Positions 31,977 to 32,000 of a stretch of DNA of 32,000 nucleotides are shown in pieces. The notes under the pieces were generated by a model. That model was not told where the DNA came from, did not search any database, and saw only the letters and a program-made list of their open reading frames with translations. A program made the position numbers and the translations under genes. How positions within the stretch are numbered: the stretch's first letter is position 1; every line of letters begins with the position of its first letter. This DNA is from Candidatus Saccharimonadota bacterium (GTDB lineage: Archaea; Nanohalarchaeota; Nanosalinia; Nanosalinales; Nanosalinaceae). Location of the stretch: contig NZ_CP180230.1 of assembly GCF_047555085.1 (NCBI RefSeq), forward strand, positions 660,001 to 692,000, given 5' to 3'.

Positions 31977-32000
31977 ATGTTAGATTTCGAAAGGTTCCTC

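Noticed and set aside
9503-32000. Single integrated provirus/plasmid spanning the whole region up to the integrase
   Set aside because: The AGGCCT density is mosaic: host-like in 25-29.4 kb and absent in 21.1-25 kb and most of 9.6-17.4 kb. No capsid or packaging genes are recognisable, and no flanking att repeats were found. Several independent acquisitions seem more likely.
1-32000. CRISPR arrays, tRNA or rRNA genes
   Set aside because: I saw no regularly spaced 25-40-nt repeats and no cloverleaf-like or rRNA-like segments in the intergenic regions. This was an eye scan only, so tRNAscan-SE, Infernal or minCED should confirm it.

Overview
The window looks like a chromosomal segment from a low-GC, salt-in halophilic archaeon. 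The evidence is very acidic proteins, Orc1/Cdc6, an archaeal-type PolB and a rhodanese-less ThiI. A Nanohaloarchaeota/DPANN-like source is only a guess. All family calls come from motifs read by eye, because no searches could be run.

Layout:
(1) 1-9.5 kb holds housekeeping-type genes, almost all on the minus strand. These are a partial membrane protein, thiI, an HD hydrolase, an FMN reductase, a SAM methyltransferase, a cold-shock protein, an 832-aa secreted double-LamG protein plus a diverged copy of its 3' end, and a TauE-like permease.
(2) About 9.6-25.0 kb is a compositionally distinct accessory/defence island. It contains:
- an HSDR_N-like PD-(D/E)xK protein with a broken reading frame, next to a protein with a HEPN-like C-terminus;
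- a plasmid/virus-like module of small overlapping DNA-binding proteins, ending in a 495-bp non-coding region with iteron/ORB-like boxes around an AT-rich core;
- a GmrSD-type (DUF262-DUF1524) type IV restriction enzyme with a C-terminal HEPN domain;
- an unrecognisable overlapping two-gene cassette (281-aa acidic protein plus 4-TM protein);
- a complete type I R-M operon (hsdM-hsdS-hsdR).
(3) 25.0-29.4 kb has host-like composition. It carries Orc1/Cdc6 plus a coupled cassette: a Walker-A-less RecA-like protein, a 91-aa coiled-coil protein, and a short family-B polymerase with degenerate exonuclease motifs.
(4) 29.4-32 kb carries a membrane-anchored protein, a small Cys-motif protein and a tyrosine integrase with two zinc-ribbon motifs at the window edge.

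The best candidates for an undescribed system are the 281-aa + 4-TM cassette at 17.7-19.0 kb and the HEPN-like/nuclease pair at 9.6-11.8 kb. The most striking sequence-level signal is extreme over-representation of the palindrome AGGCCT in host-like segments and its near absence from parts of the island. I saw no CRISPR array, tRNA or rRNA.
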